Source: Candidatus Latescibacterota bacterium
Lineage (GTDB): Bacteria > Latescibacterota > UBA2968
Assembly: GCA_965198115.1 (NCBI GenBank)
Contig: OZ240241.1
Span: 2,208,001 to 2,272,000 of the forward strand
DNA: 64,000 nt
Reading direction: 5' to 3'
The notes below the pieces were generated by a model. That model saw only the letters and a list, made by a program, of their open reading frames with translations, did not search any database and was not told the origin of the DNA. The translations under genes and the position numbers were made by a program. This document shows positions 59,469-64,000 of the stretch, piece by piece (within the stretch, counting starts at the first letter, position 1; each line of letters begins with the position of its first letter).

Positions 59469-61052
59469 ATGTCCGAAGAAAGAGTCCTAACCGGAACGTG
59501 GTCGGGGTTTTACCCGGGCGACTGGGTAAGACCGAGAAGCAATCCCGGGACGTGGATGCCGCTCGTGGATGTCGTCGACGTCTTTCCAGGCAACAGGTGC
59601 GTCTCACGCCAGGGTGAATACAATCTCTACGATGCGCCCATCGGCGTCGAGCTCAAGATAGAGGAAGCCACCAAAGCGCCTATCATTTTCGACAAAGAAG
59701 CCGAATGGGAGAGCGAGGGCGTCTCTCCGGGCGATGTGTGGTACGAAGATGGGCGATACCACATGTTCTATTACGCCACGGGGCAGGGCTCCTGCTACGC
59801 CGTCAGCGATGACTGCTATCATTGGACCCGTCCCGAATTGGGAGAAGTCGACTACAACGGCTCGAAGAAGAACAACATCCGCGCCAACTACCCCGAAGGG
59901 GGCATCTTCGAAGATCCCTCCGCACCGCCGGAGGAGCGGTTCAAGGCCATGGGGGCCGGATCCGGTTGGTACGACCCCGACACGTGGGAAAAGCTGGAGG
60001 GCGAGGAAGCCACGGAGCGATGGGACGCCATGCACTACGAGGGGCTGGACTATCAGGGGCCGAAAGTCGTCCTGCGGGGCTGGTTGGTCGGATGGACATC
60101 CCCCGACCGTTTCCACGGTTGGAAAAAGATAGAGGAGCCGCTCGCAGACTATTCGGTCAACGGTGGCATCGTCGCCGGCTACGATGAAGCGAATGCCATT
60201 TACTACGCCTACATGCAGCCACAGGGTTTCGCTCCGGAAGATAAGGGAATCGGCACGGGTATTCAGGAAACAGAGATCGTGCGCCGGGCCAACGGCATCG
60301 CCAGAACGAAAGACTTCCGCCACTGGCCCGCACCCAAACTCACCATGTACCCCGACGCCCAGGACGATCTGGACATCGCCTTCTACGCGCACAACTACTT
60401 CGCTTATCCCGGACGCACGGATCTTCACACCATGCTCACCCCCATCTTCCATCACTCGACGGGCCAGATGGACGTCCAGATCGCATTCAGTCGGGACGGA
60501 CTCGTCTGGTATCGGCCCGAACGCAAGCCCATCGTCACCGTTGGCCCACCCGGCAGTGGCGAAGAGGGCATGATCGGCGCCTCCGGTATCCACGAGCTTC
60601 CCGACGGGCATTGGGGTGCTCTATACTGGGGGGACTCCCGGCTTCACAATGTCAAAGAAGAGTATCAGGCCGCCCTGTTCCCACAGCAACAACCCCGAAA
60701 GATGGGATGGGCCCTGTGGCAACCACACCGCTTCTGCGGATTCGAGGCAGACGGTGAGGGACAGTTCACGATTCCCACCATCCACCGCCGCAACGACGAG
60801 CTGCGGCTCAACTACCGCTGTCAGCCCGGCGGCTGGGTGAGCGTCGAGCTGCTGCACAGAATACCTTCCATGTTCCACGGGGACGTCGATCCACTGAGCG
60901 GTTTCACCTTCGAGCAATGCGACCGCCTGACGGGCGACTCCCTCGATCAGGTGGTCACCTGGCGCGGGAACAGCGACATCTCGAGCCTGGGTGAAATGGT
61001 CGCCATCCGGTTGAAGATGTTCCAGGCCAAGCTGTTCGCTTACCAGGTGTAA
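59469..61052 (+). CDS. Beta-propeller glycoside-hydrolase-like protein (distant relative of the 19835/22555 pair)
   Basis: W.RPELGEVDYNGSKKNNI, AFSRDG..W, C-terminal IRLKMFQAKLFAYQV. Confidence 0.7.
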   Translation: MSEERVLTGTWSGFYPGDWVRPRSNPGTWMPLVDVVDVFPGNRCVSRQGEYNLYDAPIGVELKIEEATKAPIIFDKEAEWESEGVSPGDVWYEDGRYHMFYYATGQGSCYAVSDDCYHWTRPELGEVDYNGSKKNNIRANYPEGGIFEDPSAPPEERFKAMGAGSGWYDPDTWEKLEGEEATERWDAMHYEGLDYQGPKVVLRGWLVGWTSPDRFHGWKKIEEPLADYSVNGGIVAGYDEANAIYYAYMQPQGFAPEDKGIGTGIQETEIVRRANGIARTKDFRHWPAPKLTMYPDAQDDLDIAFYAHNYFAYPGRTDLHTMLTPIFHHSTGQMDVQIAFSRDGLVWYRPERKPIVTVGPPGSGEEGMIGASGIHELPDGHWGALYWGDSRLHNVKEEYQAALFPQQQPRKMGWALWQPHRFCGFEADGEGQFTIPTIHRRNDELRLNYRCQPGGWVSVELLHRIPSMFHGDVDPLSGFTFEQCDRLTGDSLDQVVTWRGNSDISSLGEMVAIRLKMFQAKLFAYQV

Positions 61053-61057
61053 GGCTG

Positions 61058-61624
61058 ATGCTGGAGGCCGTCGTCATTCGAAAAATTAAACGACCAATAG
61101 CGATGATCCGCTGGCCGGCCTATGTCGTGGGCGTGGATCGTCACGGCCGGTGGCTCTTCAGCCCCAAGGGCACGATCTGCAGAGGCCAATCCGGTTCGAA
61201 TATCGGCGAGAACGAAGTCGGTCGGGGGAATCGAGACGCCAGTCAACCTGTGATGCACCTGATCCCGAACATTGGCTGGTGGACGGCAGCCTGGAGTCGA
61301 GAGCCCGAGGTCACGATCAGCGTCGACGTCTGCACGCCACCGAGATGGATCGATGGAGAGTGGCACTACATCGACCTCGAACTCGATCCCACCTCGCGCA
61401 GCGGCCGTGTAGAGATCCACGATGAAGACGAGTTTGTTGCCGCGTGCGAGGAGGGACTGATTTCGCGTGAGGAGGCCGTTGAGGCGCGTGCTGCTGCAGT
61501 GGAAATCGAACGAAGCTTACAGCAAGGTGAGGAACCTTTTGGCTGCTCGGGCTGGAACAAGCTGGACGAGGCGTTGAGCTTGAAGTTGCCCCCGATCAGG
61601 GACCTGCGACACGTCGAGTCATAG
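61058..61624 (+). CDS. DUF402 domain protein
   Basis: VDVCTPP, YIDLELD, IHDEDEF..A...G.I. Confidence 0.75.
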   Translation: MLEAVVIRKIKRPIAMIRWPAYVVGVDRHGRWLFSPKGTICRGQSGSNIGENEVGRGNRDASQPVMHLIPNIGWWTAAWSREPEVTISVDVCTPPRWIDGEWHYIDLELDPTSRSGRVEIHDEDEFVAACEEGLISREEAVEARAAAVEIERSLQQGEEPFGCSGWNKLDEALSLKLPPIRDLRHVES

Positions 61625-61929
61625 AGAAGATTGAAAATTGTCTACAATCACTCCTCTCCCCTTGATCAAGCAGCCTTCGGCCTTCACCGATCCCGACTGG
61701 CTGTTCGAAGTCAAGTATGATGGATTCCGCAGTCTCGCCTACATCGGCGACGGAACGTGCAGATTGGTTTCACGCAACGGAAACACCTACCAGCGGTTCA
61801 AAAGCCTTGTGAAGGCCTTGTCGGACCTGCAAAGCGAAACGATCCTGGACGGAGAGTTGGCGTGCGTTGACGACGAAGGTCTCTCGCAGTTCGACGACCT
61901 GATGTTCGCGCAGTCGCCCGCCCTTTTCT

Positions 61930-63349
61930 GGCTCTATCCGGGTTTCTCAACGGTGAAACTATAGAATGACAAGGTCATAGATCGTTCCCTACGCTTGGTT
62001 GTGTGTGTAGGACAATCAAAGCGAAGGGGGTGCGACCTATGACCGGGAGCAGATTACTATCGAAACTGCTGAGATTCAAGGGGTTCCGTGTTGTCAGCTG
62101 GTGGTTTGAGGGGAGAAGCTGTTTCGTCATCGCCGTAAAGCCCCATAAGAATGGTTGTTGTTGTCCGGAGTGCGGCCGTCGAGGTAAAATCGTCCGCACA
62201 ATGCCCCATCCGCGTCGGTGGCGTGACATTCCGGTGTGCGGGTGGAGGGTCTGGCTTCTCTACCATCCTCGGGAGATTCGGTGTCCTACCCACGGTCGTG
62301 TGGTCGAGGAGATTCCGTGGGCGGAGCGGTTCTCTCGGGTGACGTATCGCTTCGAGTATGCCATGCTGCGCTACTGCCAGACCATGACGCAGAAGGCGGC
62401 GTCCGAGTTGCTGCGCATCTCTGCCTCGACGCTGTCGGATCTCCTTCACCGATCCATCACGCGGCTTCGTGAAGGTCATCGTATCCGAGGGCTCAAAACC
62501 ATCGGGATCGACGAGATCTCCTACGCCAAGCGTCACAGGTACGCCACGCTCGTTTACGATCTGGACCGCTCCTGCGTGGTGTGGGTTGGCCGCGGCAGGG
62601 CGCGTAAAACGATCGATCGGTTCTTCACAGAGGCTCTCAGTCCCTACCAGAGATCCAAGATCGAGTGGGCCTGCTGCGACATGAGCGAAGCTTACATCGG
62701 AGCCATCCAGGAACACTGTCCGAATGCCAAGCTGGTCCTCGATCGCTTTCACATCGTCAAGGCTCTCAATGCCGCCGTTGACGAGGTCCGTAAGGACCAG
62801 TGGCGTAAAGCTGCCCCGGATGAGCGCAAAGCCATGAAGGGCCTCCGATGGCTCCTCTACCGGCACTCAGCGACACGCTCCAGAGGGGATACTCGGACAC
62901 TCAAAGCACTGGAGAAGGCGAACTACCGAATCTATAGAGCCTGGAGACTCAAGGACGAGTTCGAGCAGTTCTGGGAATACAAAGCGCCCTGGGCTGCCGA
63001 ACGCTTCCTGAAATGCTGGACGACGTCCGCACTCAGAAGTCGACTTGAACCCCTGCGAAAGTTCGTCAGGACCCTGCGACAGCACTTCTTCGGCGTCCTC
63101 GCATTCGTGAACACGCGTCTTACCAACGCCATCGCCGAAGGCCTCAACCGAATCGTCCAAATCGTCAAGAACCGAGCCAGCGGATTCCGCACACTCGACG
63201 CATTCAACGATATGATCTTCCTTACCGTCGGAGACATAAACATCCCTGAGCAGATTCCGAAGAGGTTCCGCACACTCTAACCGCGCCCCCATGCCAGGAA
63301 CCACGGCACCTTCACCCACTTCATCTCGTTGAGAGATCCGGATATAGCC
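61930..63349 (+). mobile_element. ISL3-family IS, copy 4 (1420 bp)
   Basis: Same IRs; 8-bp TSD CCTTTTCT at 61922-61929 and 63350-63357. Confidence 0.97.
62003..63280 (+). CDS. ISL3 family transposase
   Basis: Near-identical to the other copies. Confidence 0.96.
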   Translation: MCRTIKAKGVRPMTGSRLLSKLLRFKGFRVVSWWFEGRSCFVIAVKPHKNGCCCPECGRRGKIVRTMPHPRRWRDIPVCGWRVWLLYHPREIRCPTHGRVVEEIPWAERFSRVTYRFEYAMLRYCQTMTQKAASELLRISASTLSDLLHRSITRLREGHRIRGLKTIGIDEISYAKRHRYATLVYDLDRSCVVWVGRGRARKTIDRFFTEALSPYQRSKIEWACCDMSEAYIGAIQEHCPNAKLVLDRFHIVKALNAAVDEVRKDQWRKAAPDERKAMKGLRWLLYRHSATRSRGDTRTLKALEKANYRIYRAWRLKDEFEQFWEYKAPWAAERFLKCWTTSALRSRLEPLRKFVRTLRQHFFGVLAFVNTRLTNAIAEGLNRIVQIVKNRASGFRTLDAFNDMIFLTVGDINIPEQIPKRFRTL

Positions 63350-63747
63350 CCTTTTCTTCGCCTTCGACATTCTGGCACTCGACGGCGAGGATTTGCGGGA
63401 GAGACCCTGCATCGAACGGAAGCAGATGCTAAAGGATCTAGTCGAGACCGGCGTTCCGAGGCTCCACTACGTCGACCACGTCGAGGGTGAGGGCGAACAG
63501 CTGTTCGACCTGATCTGCGAACGCGACATGGAGGGCATCGTCGCGAAACCAAGGGCAAGCCGATATCGGGAAGTGAACGGAAAGACACCCTGGATCAAGA
63601 TCAAGAACCCCGACTATTCGCAGGCCGAGGACCGGGGAGAGCTATTCAACCCATCGGCGGAAGAAAATCAGAAGCCGACGTGAAGACTTCACTCGGACAC
63701 GAGGAGCGCACCTACGAGGCGGGCGGCATGGAACTCCGGGGAACAAC

Positions 63748-64000
63748 GTGAAAGCTCGATCGCGAAGAACAAGAATCAAAGATCCCGATGTTGCTGCGGT
63801 CTTCCAATCCTACCCGAAAACCTTGCGACCAAAGCTGATGGCTCTCCGGCAACTGATCATCGAGACCGCCGCCGCGACGGAAGGGGTGGGAGGGATAGAA
63901 GAAACGCTCAAGTGGGGGGAGCCAAGCTATCTGACAGCAGAATCCAAGAGTGGATCTACGATCAGAATCGCCTGGAAGGAAGCTCACAGCGACCAGGTCG
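63748..64000 (+). CDS. DUF1801 domain protein, runs off the window edge
   Basis: Manual translation: DVAAVFQSYP...KLMALRQLIIETA...IEETLKWGEPSY...SGSTIRI. Confidence 0.8.
   Translation, partial: MKARSRRTRIKDPDVAAVFQSYPKTLRPKLMALRQLIIETAAATEGVGGIEETLKWGEPSYLTAESKSGSTIRIAWKEAHSDQV

Larger units (their letters stand above)
61638..63683 (+). pseudogene. ATP-dependent DNA ligase (LigD/LigC-type adenylation domain) interrupted by ISL3
   Basis: FEVKYDGFR, SRNG, LDGE before the IS; FAFDIL, EGIVAK...Y, WIKIK after it. The halves rejoin in frame (ALFFAFDIL). Confidence 0.88.

Noticed and set aside
63712-63987. Minus-strand 91-aa ORF
   Set aside because: It is the shadow of the DUF1801-like gene on the plus strand.

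Overview
GC-rich bacterial chromosome segment. The gene mix (sugar-catabolic enzymes, several beta-propeller and TIM-barrel glycoside-hydrolase-like proteins, PhyH dioxygenase, DUF6785-type transporter, ankyrin and NHL proteins) resembles Latescibacterota/Poribacteria-type genomes; this is inference only. ssb is the one clear housekeeping gene. Ten IS copies cover about 13.8 kb (about 21%): four ISL3 (three in a head-to-tail array), three IS256-family (one nested in another), two IS3-like with unusually long 13-16 bp target repeats, and one ISAzo13 inserted in a stop codon. More than ten genes are broken by frameshifts, nonsense codons, IS insertions or deletion junctions. The most notable structure the ORF track does not explain is an apparent decayed integron cassette array with no recognisable integrase: an attI-like site (26461-26481), a 2 kb GH36-like gene bounded by GTTCGGC and a 59-bp attC (28546-28604), a GNAT cassette, and further degenerate attC-like hairpins at 29441, 34603, 39769 and 47285. 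I recognised no rRNA, tRNA or CRISPR array.
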